From Ostreococcus lucimarinus (lineage: Eukaryota), in NCBI GenBank assembly GCA_000092065.1, contig CP000597.1: a stretch of 64,000 bases of DNA; one strand, given 5' to 3'. Numbering within the stretch: position 1 is the stretch's first letter; each line of letters begins with the position of its first letter. A program made the position numbers and the translations under genes. The notes under the pieces are model-generated. The model made no database searches. It was not told the DNA's origin and was given only the letters and a program-made list of their open reading frames with translations. Below are positions 9,072-19,200 of the stretch, one piece after another.

Positions 9072-11618
9072 ATGTCGCCGCCCGACGCGCGCGCGGGCGC
9101 GCGCCTGCGCGTCGCCACCATGTTCACCGGCGCCGGCGCGATCGACTACGGGTGCGTCGCGCGCGACGCGCGACGGCGCGACGGCGCGGGAAACGCGCGA
9201 AACGCAAAACCGAACGCCGAACGAACGCGAACGACGACGACGACGGATTCGACGCGCGACGACGACGACGACGACGCGCGACGACGCGAGATCGGGACGA
9301 CAAGGGGAGGATGGCGCGCGAAGACGCGAAGGCGCGCGCGACGGGAGCCCCGGGAGGACGAACGCGCGACTGACGAGACGCGAATTCGGGACGCGCGCGC
9401 GACCAGGCTGACGCGGGCGGGGCACGAGGTGACGCTGCAGTGCGAACGCGACGAGCGCGCGCGGGCGGTGCTGGACGCGCGATTTCAGGGCGTGCGACGG
9501 GCGAGGGAAGCGAGCGAGATCGAGGCGCTGCCGAGGGACGTGGACGTGCTGGTGTGCGGATTGATGACGAGGGAGTACGAGGGGTCGTGGCGAGAGTCGT
9601 GGACGAGAGACGGCGCGGCGGGGGCGCTGAAACACGCGCTGAGGCTGGGGGCGAGCGCGCGCGTGCCGTGGTTGGTGATCGAAGCGAGAGGGAAGATATT
9701 AGATCGTGGAGTCGATGGGAGCGAGGCGCCGTTGATTCATGAGTTTGTGAGCGAGCTGGAGCGAGCGGGGTACGCGTGGGCGCATCGCACGGTGGCGGCG
9801 GCGGCGTTCGGGGTGCCGGATGTCGCCGCGCGGGTGTTGCTCGTCGCCAGTAGATGCGGGGATCCGAGAGATGTGTTATTGACAGAAGACGCGGGGGCGT
9901 TGAAAGTCGATGCGAGGGATCCCGCGGATGAGCACACGTTTGTGTTTAATCGGCACCCCGAACGAGGGTTGTGCGCGTACGCCGACGTGTGCGAAGGATT
10001 TCATCCCGAGCCTGAGGCGTGCATGCTCACCGCCGCGGGTGGTTTGATGCCGCTCACCGTGCATGACGCTGAAAGATTGCAAGGATTGCCTCCGGGATGG
10101 ACGATGACGACGAGACCGAGCGTTCAAGGAAGTCAAGGGGAGGAGCTCACGGCGCGTTGGGACGCTTTGGCGAAGACGTACGGATGCGTCCCAAGTTCAT
10201 ATTGGCTGGGAACTCGGTTAGCGGACCCGTATGCTTTGAAATTTTCTGCCGATGCGGTTCCATTTAGAGAGTCTGTGCCGCACGCTTGGCCGGGGGCGGC
10301 GTACAACGTTGGACACGGGCGTGCGAGCGCCTTGTGCTCGCCGTTTGTCCGTGAAATCACGGAGTTGCCGTGTCTCGGCACGTTTATTTCCACGTCCTTT
10401 TTCGAAGGCGGTCCGCTGGTGCCGAAAGAGACCGCCGTGGCGTGCGCGCGCGTGCTTAGAGAGTCTGGCTGGGAGGTCCCTCCCCAGCTAGAGGCTTTGG
10501 AAAACGGCGAGGGAGAGATCGCCGTCGTCGAGCCGCGGGTGAAGAACGAACAGGCGCCTGCGGTCGAGCCACTGACGATAGCGACTCCGGCGGCACGGGC
10601 GCAGACCTCTCGCTACGATGAGTTTGTTTCAGCGCCACCGGCTTTGGTCGAACGCACGTTGCCTTTGATAAAGACGAAGAGCGGACATTTAATCGTCGAC
10701 CAAGACGAGGTGAAACGTTCGTCCAATTTTCCCATCGACATCGAGGCGAAGCGGTACAAGAGAAGCATCACGCCATCGTCGGCGGATATCGAGCCTGGAT
10801 CGCCAGGATCAACTCCGGGAACCATGACGTTCATCGCCGGCGTCGGTTTAGCTGCGCCAAGACGAAACCAGCTCGTTTGGGCCAAGCTCCCAGGTCATCC
10901 ATTTTGGCCGGGATTGCGAGCGGATTTGGACAAGGACTTCATCCCAGCGGATGCTCTCGCGATGGCGAGAGAAAACGAAGTACTCGTCGTGTTCTTTGGA
11001 GAAAATTCATTCGGTTGGCTGCGGGCGGAGCATTGCTTAGATTTTACCGAGCACTACGCATCGAAGAGTCGGGATCCGGCGAGGAACAAGGCGCGCTTCC
11101 AAGCGGCGGTGAAGCAAGCGAACGAGGAGCTGCAAATACGAGAGACGTTGCACGAGCGCGATAGATTACGTAAAATGGCGACGCAAAGTACTGCGCATAA
11201 GTTCCGTTCGCGCGGTGGCTCACCCATGCCCGAATTGAAGGGTTGTACGTGCAAGTCGTGCACGAGCATCTCCGCCGACGGTTCGGAATCGCCCAAGTGC
11301 ATACGTGTAGAAGCCGCCGAGAAGGCTAGTCGAGGTCACACAGGCGCCAAGCTTACGATTCAAGGTAGAACTATCATCGGTAAGCAAATTTTGGTGTTTT
11401 GGCCTCTCGACCGAGCGTCATATCCGGGTAAAATAGTCGATTACGATCCCGTCGAGCTTAGACATTGCGTCGAGTATGCCGAAGACGGCGTTAAAGAATT
11501 CTTGTCGCTGTGGAAGGAAGATGTAACATTACCGCCGGGTGAAAGACTCGGCCCGACTCTTCCAGAAGCAGATGAAGCTGGTGCTGATTTGTTGCTGGGA
11601 CTCACGGCGAGAGGATAA
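9072..11618 (+). CDS. DNA (cytosine-5) methyltransferase-fold protein with degenerate catalytic motifs, fused to PWWP and Tudor-like domains
   Basis: ATG at 9072. Motif I MFTGAGAIDYG. At the motif IV position, VDVLVCGLMTREY (9552-9578) has no Pro-Cys. Motif VI is IEAR (ENV-like). Motif VIII is FGVPDVAARVLLVAS (the Q.R.R pattern is degraded). Motif IX/X is AERLQGLPPGWT. PWWP: LVWAKLPGHPFWPG at 10869-10913. C-terminal SH3-fold/Tudor-like GKQILVFWPLDRASYPGKIVDYDP at about 11379-11530. Confidence 0.8.
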   Translation: MSPPDARAGARLRVATMFTGAGAIDYGCVARDARRRDGAGNARNAKPNAERTRTTTTTDSTRDDDDDDARRREIGTTRGGWRAKTRRRARREPREDERATDETRIRDARATRLTRAGHEVTLQCERDERARAVLDARFQGVRRAREASEIEALPRDVDVLVCGLMTREYEGSWRESWTRDGAAGALKHALRLGASARVPWLVIEARGKILDRGVDGSEAPLIHEFVSELERAGYAWAHRTVAAAAFGVPDVAARVLLVASRCGDPRDVLLTEDAGALKVDARDPADEHTFVFNRHPERGLCAYADVCEGFHPEPEACMLTAAGGLMPLTVHDAERLQGLPPGWTMTTRPSVQGSQGEELTARWDALAKTYGCVPSSYWLGTRLADPYALKFSADAVPFRESVPHAWPGAAYNVGHGRASALCSPFVREITELPCLGTFISTSFFEGGPLVPKETAVACARVLRESGWEVPPQLEALENGEGEIAVVEPRVKNEQAPAVEPLTIATPAARAQTSRYDEFVSAPPALVERTLPLIKTKSGHLIVDQDEVKRSSNFPIDIEAKRYKRSITPSSADIEPGSPGSTPGTMTFIAGVGLAAPRRNQLVWAKLPGHPFWPGLRADLDKDFIPADALAMARENEVLVVFFGENSFGWLRAEHCLDFTEHYASKSRDPARNKARFQAAVKQANEELQIRETLHERDRLRKMATQSTAHKFRSRGGSPMPELKGCTCKSCTSISADGSESPKCIRVEAAEKASRGHTGAKLTIQGRTIIGKQILVFWPLDRASYPGKIVDYDPVELRHCVEYAEDGVKEFLSLWKEDVTLPPGERLGPTLPEADEAGADLLLGLTARG

Positions 11619-11702
11619 TGATATAGCCGCACGTCACGAACGATACGATCCGAAGATTTTTGTGATAACAAAGCCTGTCTGTACTAAAAGCTTACTTCGC
11701 CG

Positions 11703-13058
11703 CTAAGCTGACGCGGATTCGAAGGTATCGTATATCGAGTCGCTCGATTCGACGTGCTTGAGCGTTTCGTTTACTGTTGTGAAGTGCTCGATTTCGTCGC
11801 TCTGATCGAACGCGGCTGCGCGTTTGACGGAGCTCTCGCTCAATTCAAATGTGTCCAATCGAGAAAGAAACGACGGTGACAAAGAGGTATCGTTCGTCGA
11901 TGGCGACACGATATCATCGGAGACGTGATTCAAGTACGATCGCGTCGCCTTCTGTACGTCCGCTGTGGCTCGCGTCACGCGATCCATGGCATCTATCATC
12001 ACTTTGGCCATCGCGCGACCCTCCTCCGTGGAGACGTCGACAGAGTTGAAAGCCACCATGTTCTCGGGCCTGAGAATCGATGCATTCATAATTTCAGCCA
12101 TATTCTTGCGCATGTCAATAAGCTCGTCTTCGTACTCGCGCGTCACTCGCATTCGCTCCTCGTGCTCAGCCACGAGCTGCTCGCTCAAGTCCCGAATCTT
12201 TGTCTCGTACAAGCGCGTTGACCTCGGCGATGTTGCGCCGCGAAGTCGCTCGATTTCCCTTGCCCGCTCCTCGCTAATCTCATTGATCTTCTCTAATTCC
12301 CATCGAAGTTCTGTAATAGTTTCCCAATCATCGATCGTCATCGTCGCCGGCCGCCCGTCGATCGGCTCGTTCGACTTGCGCTTCTGCTTGGTTTCTCTCG
12401 CGTTTGGCTCGCGCTTCTGCTCAATTTCACTCGCGCTCGCCAAACTCGCTCGACTCGCCTTTCTGCTCGATTTCTTCGCCGCCGTCTCCATCTCCCGTTG
12501 CGCTAGTCGCACCGCGCGCGCGCGCGTCTCCTCGCTCTGACAATACGCCACCGCCCCGGGTCCCAACTTTCTCGCAAACGAAATCGCCGTCGCCGCGCCG
12601 CTCGCCGCATTCGCTCGCACTTCGCACGTCCAATACATCACCGCCAACGCATCAAACGTCGCCTGAAACTCCCCTCGCTCGACACCATCGACCGATATCG
12701 CATTTGCCGGCACCCGCTCTCTCGCTAAAATCCCTCGCAGCGTCTGAAACGGGTGTTTCATCGCCGCGGCGCCGCCGCGCGTCGACGCGCTCGTCCCCGC
12801 TCGCGACGTCCCCGTCAACGCCTCGAACGATTCCGGCCACGCGCGCGCGGCGCACGCCAACGCTCCGACACTACGTTTTAGATCACTCCACACCAGCGCG
12901 CTCGTATCGCTCTCGCCCCCACGCGTCGCGCGCACGGCGTCGACGCTTCGCCGCGCGAACTCGAGCAGTTCAGATTTCCCAACCTCAATCCCCGTCTCCG
13001 TCGTCCGCGCGCGCGTCGACGCGCTGTTCGACGCGCCGTTCGATGCGACGTCGCGCAT
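11703..13058 (-). CDS. Hypothetical coiled-coil protein (451 aa)
   Basis: ATG at 13058. Long ORF with a heptad-like central region (ELEKINEISEERAREIERLR...EHEERMRVTREYEDELIDMRKNM). No family recognised. Confidence 0.55.
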   Translation of the reverse strand: MRDVASNGASNSASTRARTTETGIEVGKSELLEFARRSVDAVRATRGGESDTSALVWSDLKRSVGALACAARAWPESFEALTGTSRAGTSASTRGGAAAMKHPFQTLRGILARERVPANAISVDGVERGEFQATFDALAVMYWTCEVRANAASGAATAISFARKLGPGAVAYCQSEETRARAVRLAQREMETAAKKSSRKASRASLASASEIEQKREPNARETKQKRKSNEPIDGRPATMTIDDWETITELRWELEKINEISEERAREIERLRGATSPRSTRLYETKIRDLSEQLVAEHEERMRVTREYEDELIDMRKNMAEIMNASILRPENMVAFNSVDVSTEEGRAMAKVMIDAMDRVTRATADVQKATRSYLNHVSDDIVSPSTNDTSLSPSFLSRLDTFELSESSVKRAAAFDQSDEIEHFTTVNETLKHVESSDSIYDTFESASA

Positions 13059-13275
13059 ACTTTCGATCCGCGCGCTTCGAGCGCCCGAAATCGCCGCGCG
13101 CGCGTCACCGAGTGCGGATTTAACCGGTTTTCGCTTGAAAAAGATGCCATCTAATCTCGGCGATCGCCATCACATCGCGACGTCGCTCGCGCGCGCGACG
13201 CCTGTCGCGCCCCCGCGCGTCGCGATCGCGAAGAAATCGTAAGTTCGCGCTCGTCGACGGTGAGATCGGGACGAC

Positions 13276-16200
13276 ATGGAGTACGTCGACGCGTCAACGC
13301 TGCGAAAACTGTCGACGTCGGGTGACATCATCATCGTCGACGCGAGCTGGGCGATCGCGAACGACGTCGAGCGCGCGCGCGCGGCGCACGAGAGCGAGCG
13401 CATCCCGAACGCGACGTTTTATGATCACGACGAGGTGTGCGACCTGTCGTCGCCGCTGCCGCAGGCGTTCCCGCCGCGGGAAGCGTTCGCGCGAGGCGTC
13501 GGCGGCGGACTCGGGGCGACGAAGACGCGAGACGTGGCGATATACGCGAAAAACGGCGCGTCTTGCGCGGCGGAGGCGTGTGCGTTCGCGTTCTTGGAAT
13601 ATGGACATCGAGGACGGGTGATGGTGCTCAAGGGAGGGATGGAGGCGTGGAAGGCGGAAGGCTACGAGACGGAGGTCGGGGCGGAGACGATGCGCGAGCG
13701 GGCGACGGTGGAGTACGACGAAGACGGATCGAACGGAACGCGCGAGGGGAAGAAATCGGGATTCGTCGACGCGAAAGATTTGTTGACGAACTTGAGCACG
13801 CAGCGGTTGCAAGTGCTGGATTGCCGACAGTCGGAGGTGTTCGCGGGAGGGGCGAGAGACGCGGCGTACGTTCGGATTCAGGATCGAGCGATTCAGTTCG
13901 AGGGCTTCCGCGAAGGGCACATTCCGGGGGCGAAGAATTTACCGTACACGCGGTTGTTCGACGTCGCGGACGAAAACTTGCGAGAAATATTCGAGGGCGC
14001 GGGGTTGGACCTGTCCATGCCCGTGGCCGTGGTCGGTTCGGGGGGCGTCGACGCGGCGCCGATGGTGGCGTCAGCGCTCACGCGCGCCGGGTGCGCCGAC
14101 GCCGTGGTGCTAAAGAACGGTATGTGTGCGTGGTGCACGGCGCAAGGGAGCTCGTATCCGATGTCCATCGCTAGCACTTCTCCGCACGCTTCGCACAACG
14201 AAAAGCGCCTGATCGTTTGGGCGGTGACTCGATCGCGCGGCACCGCGCTCGAACGCTCGTTCTCTATGCACTCCGAGGCGATGGTCATGCACGAGTTACT
14301 CACGGAGCCGTGCTTGAAGGAGAATAATCCGGAAAATTACGCCAAGATTGTCAGTGGACAATCTGAACATCATGTCGCGAGCAGTGGATGCAGCTATGCG
14401 ACGATGTTAGAGGTGATGACGGCGGATTACTCCGCGCAAGGACGTCCATTCTTCTTCTCCAAAGAGCTGTCGTGTTACTTTGACTTGAAGCAAATGAAGT
14501 CGAGCTGGTTAAAACGGTTCACGCACGTGGTGTTGATTCGACAACCGACGGAAACGATAGAGTCATTTTATCGCGTCTCCATTGAACACAAGGAAGGGAG
14601 CTGCTATTATGATCCATCTGAGGCTGGATTTGCGGAAGCTTTTGGTATCGTAAACGCGTTGAAGCGTATCAATGCCAAGGTTATGGTCGTCGACGCTGAC
14701 GCGGATTTGCTGTCGCGACCAGAGGAGACGCTCCAAGAGATGTGTTCGCTGGCAAACGTGAACTTTGAGAGTTCGATGTTGTCATGGAAGCCCGCAGAGT
14801 TGTCAACGTGGATCAAATTTCGCGGTTGGCACGACGATGCGGCGAGATCGAGCGAGTTCAAAGCTGTCGACAAGGCACCGATGCAAAACGTACCGCCGGA
14901 ACTCTGCGTCGATGCGGCGAAGCAACAACCGTATTACGACGCCATAGGGTGGGAGCGCAAAGAAACTTCCAAGCGTTGGCCGTTCTTACGCCAGCTCACG
15001 AATCCGACGCATCGGTTCTCCGTCGTCGTGTGCGCATCGGATGAAGGCGCTATGGATATGTTCCCTCGTCTTGCCGCCGCGCGTCTGAGCGGCGTCAACT
15101 TGTACGAGTTCAAGCCGAGCGAAGTTGATCAGGCGATGAATAAATGCCCGTATATTTTCGACGACCCGATCGTTCTAGTGGGCGCACACGGACCCACGCT
15201 GCACATGGCCGAGGCACTGCGCGAGCGTGCGCAGAAGGACGGAACTTTGTGCATCGTACGCATAGTTCTCGTCGACGCTTCGGCGCATCGCGTTCGACCC
15301 GAAGGATTCGAGCACAGCTGGGTCCCAGAAGATTCGCTCAAGGATCAAACCAGCATGGACGAAGTTTTACAGAGTATTTTAGTCGACATCGAAACGGCAC
15401 AAAGCAAAAGTGCGAAGGAGATGGCGGATGTGAACGCGTTAGCCTCGACGACGACGTCGGCGGCGACGCACTGGCGCTCGGGTTTGGCGACGGCGTTGCA
15501 AGACGCTCGCTCCGACAAACCTTGCGTTACAGATGCGACGAGTACGTACACGATGAAAGAAGTGTACTCGCGTGCGTATCACGTCGCAGATATGCTCACC
15601 GAACGCGGTGCGCTGAACTCTCGTGTGGGTTTGTTTGTGCAAGCCTCCGCGGCGTCGGTGTGGTGCGCCATGGGTTCACTCTTGTGTGAATCTGTGTTTT
15701 GCGAAATCCCCGCGTGGTATCGCGACACCGACCTCGAACGCGTGTTGCGTTTGAACGAGTCGAAAGTCATAATAACTTCTCGTGATCTCGTGCAGTTCGT
15801 ACCCACCGCGTACAGAGACTTGGTCGTGGTCGTCGAGGACATGGAGTACGACGTCGACTTGAGCGGCGAGCTTCATCCGGCGCTGACGCGTCCTGACACT
15901 CCCGATGCCCCCGGGTTCTCCGTACTCACCAGTGGCACTACTGGTGTGAGTAAAATTCTGTGCTGTCCACAATCCGCGCTGACGGACTCGCAATCGGTCA
16001 TTGGGCCACACATGCGTGGCGACGATGTCATGGGGAGCTTTTGGGTCTATTATTACTTCTTCATTCCGCTCCTCGCTGGTCGCACGCTGAGCGTCATCCC
16101 GAACGATTTCTTCCTCAAGCCCCGAGAGTTGATTTCGTATGTGCGAAGTCAAAAAATGACCATGCTTTACCTCAGTCCGAGTATCCTGGAGAGCTGTTTG

Positions 16201-19200
16201 TTGCACTGCACGCCGCAAGAGTTCTCCGAAGGGATGCAAGACGTGCACACAATTTTATTGACCGGTGAACGCGTGCGAAGAGAGACTCGTATGCTTCTCG
16301 CCGAGCGTCTCACCCGTACGCGTTTGATTGACGTGTACAGCACGAACGAAACGGGTGATTTGGCGATATCTGATTACGGTGGAGCGTTCTTCCTGCGTGA
16401 GGGCACGCAAGCGCGCGTGTTGACGGATGACGGCAAGCCAGCTGTTCGCGGCACCGTCGGCCAGCTTCACGTTAAAAAGAGTGGTTTGCTCGTTGGCTTC
16501 TACACGGATAACGGTTACGCGAAGATCGAAAGCGAGTGGTATCCAACTGGCGATCTCGTTCGTTGGTTAGGTCGCAACAGGTTGACTTTTGAATCTCGTC
16601 AAAAGTCGGCATACGTCAAGATTCGTGGCTTCAAGGTTTCGCCGGTCATGGTACAAGACGTCATGCTCAAGATGCCAGTGATTAAACAGGCCATCGTGAG
16701 CACGATCGGACAGTCTGACATTGACCAGCAACTCGTCGCTGCTATCTCCTTCAACAACGGTGCGCGAGCGAAGGAGAGCGAATTGCGGGCACACATGGCA
16801 GCGCACGTGCCGCACTACATGATTCCGTCGACGTTTTACGACCTCGGCAACAAAGTGTCCACAGCTACCTCTGGTAAAGTGGTCAAGCTTGATGTCGATA
16901 GGCTGGACAAAATCACCGATAGTAACGAAGTGCAACTGACTACAAAGCAAAATGAGGTCGTGGAGGTGTGGCGCCAAGTGTTAGATCAACCGGAGAAGAA
17001 CTTCGCGGCGACGGAGAGCTTTTTCGACTACGGCGGAAGCTTGAAATTTGTTGAGCTTGCGGCGGCACTTTCGAAGAAATGGGGGGTGAGTTTGACGGTT
17101 CCCGAAGTCATCGCCAAGCCGACGCTGGCTGAGATGGCCCTACTTATGGAAGATTATAAAAACGCCAAGTTTGAGCCCGAGGTCGAAGTCGCAAAGTATG
17201 ACTTTTCCGAGTTCAAGCGAGCGCCAAAGAAGAATACTGCGGCGGGCAAGAAGAATATTCTCCTTACCGGCGCTACTGGTTTTCTTGGTGCGTACTTGCT
17301 TCAAGAACTCGCCGCAAGCGATGAAATTGATCAGATTTACGCTATCGTGCGCGCAAAAGACAAGTTTGCGGCGCAAAATCGCGTGCTCGATGTCTTCCGT
17401 AAGCGCGGGCTCACGTTTACCGATCAAATAACGCAAAAGACAACGTTCATGTGTGGTGACATGTCAATGCCGTTGTACGACATACCCGAAGCCACGCTCG
17501 CGCCAGTTTTGGAAGTGATTGACGTTGTCATCAGCGGTGGCGCGGAAGTCAATATGGTGAAGTCTTATTCAGCGTTAGAAAAGGTAAACGTCGGAGGAAC
17601 GTTCAACGGGCTCGAGATCGCGTCGCGCGCCGGCGCTAGACACGTTCTCATTTCCACGCAGTATCCGCTTCCGGGTGAAGTTTCAACGGGATACCGACGA
17701 AGTAAAGAGGTCGCGGAGATGCTATGCGAGCGCGCGCAGAAAGAAGTTGGCGTTGAGTCGGCCGTTTTATTGTTTGGTGACATCGGTATTTCTCGTGCCG
17801 TCGGTTCGCTCGCGCCCGACGATGACTACATCGTCATCTTCCTCCGCGCCTGCCTCGCGACAGGTTTCTTCCCACGTACCGAGTGGGCTGTTAGTATCTT
17901 GTGCGTCGATGATTGCGTGAAGATGCTCACGTCAATCTCATTATCCGGCCAAGTCGATCGTTATGCGTTTGACGGCGTCGCGCGTGAAGTAAAGGGTAAA
18001 CTGATGCCGTTTTCTCAACTTTACGAATGGCTCTCCAAGGAGTACGCGTTGCAGCTGTGCAGCTACGATGGCTGGCTCAATGCAGTTAAGGCTGGCGCCG
18101 CCGAAGGCAACACGATCCTTCAGCGCGCGCTCCTGACGATTGATTCCATGGAAGTCGAACTCAGAGCGGAGGGTGAGCACTTCAACTCGCAGGCGGCGTC
18201 AGATGCGCTCTTCTCCGTGGACGAAGCGTGGGGTAAGAACCTCGTCGGTGCGCTAATTCTCGAACTCTACAGCGAACTTCAAAATGACGACAAAGACACC
18301 ACCATCGGCTTCGCCGCGTTGGCGCAAGGCGAAGATTTGGTTCCGTTCAAGTATCGCCTCCCAGACATGACCCCGACGTCTGTCGAGGTGAAGGTCGAGT
18401 ACTGCGGCTTGTGCGGAAGTGATGATCACTTGATCGTGGGTGACTATGGTGAATATGCGGTGTGGCCGCAAGTTTGCGGACACGAAGTCGTGGGTACGGT
18501 CACCCAAGTTGGCACGGCGGTGACGACGCTAAAAGCCGGTCAACGCGTTGGCGTCGGCTGGCAGAGCTCGTCTTGCCACGATTGCGAGTGGTGCGCGCGA
18601 GGCGATGAGCAGCTGTGCTCTAGTGTCGGTTGTACATGCTGCGAAGGTAACAAAGGTGGTTTCGCCGATCGCATGCGCTTAAACGACTCGCAATTCTGCT
18701 ACAAAATCCCAGACGCGCTGTCTTCCGCGGAAGTCGCGCCGTTGCTATGCGGTGGCCAAACCGTTTGGACGCCTTTGAACGAGCAAACGAAGTCTAGCGA
18801 TCGCGTCGGCATTCTCGGCCTCGGTGGACTCGGTCACATGGCCATCAAGTTCGCCAAGGCGCTCGGTCGAGAAGTCACCGCGATTTCGTCTTCGGCGTCG
18901 AAGCGCGCCGACGCCCTGTCGCACGGCGCGTCGCGCTTTTTGGTGCACACCAACCAAGAAGAGATGGATGCCGCCGCCTCATCGCTCGACTTCATCCTAG
19001 TCACCATCGCCACGAATAAAGAGGTGGACTTCGCGAAGTTTTTCCCCTTGTTACGCCCGCGTGGGACGATTTGTTTCGTCGGCATGTGCCCTCCCATCCA
19101 AGCCGACGTCTTCACTCTCGGCTTCACCATGAACAACATCACAACGAGTAACACCGGGGGCAAAAAGGACATGGTTCAAATGCTCGAATTCTGCGCCCGA

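Noticed and set aside
8439-9635. Long Arg/Ala/Gly-rich ORFs in GC-rich spacers and antisense to real genes. Examples: 3935..4906, 7082..7675, 8439..9635, 25584..26879, 30057..31241, 36837..37883, 51881..53287, 57993..59870, 63048..63557
   Set aside because: Their composition is dominated by Arg, Ala, Gly and Pro from CGC/GCG/GGC codons. They have no recognisable motifs and overlap better-supported genes or promoters in other frames. Stop-free frames are expected in 70-80% GC DNA.
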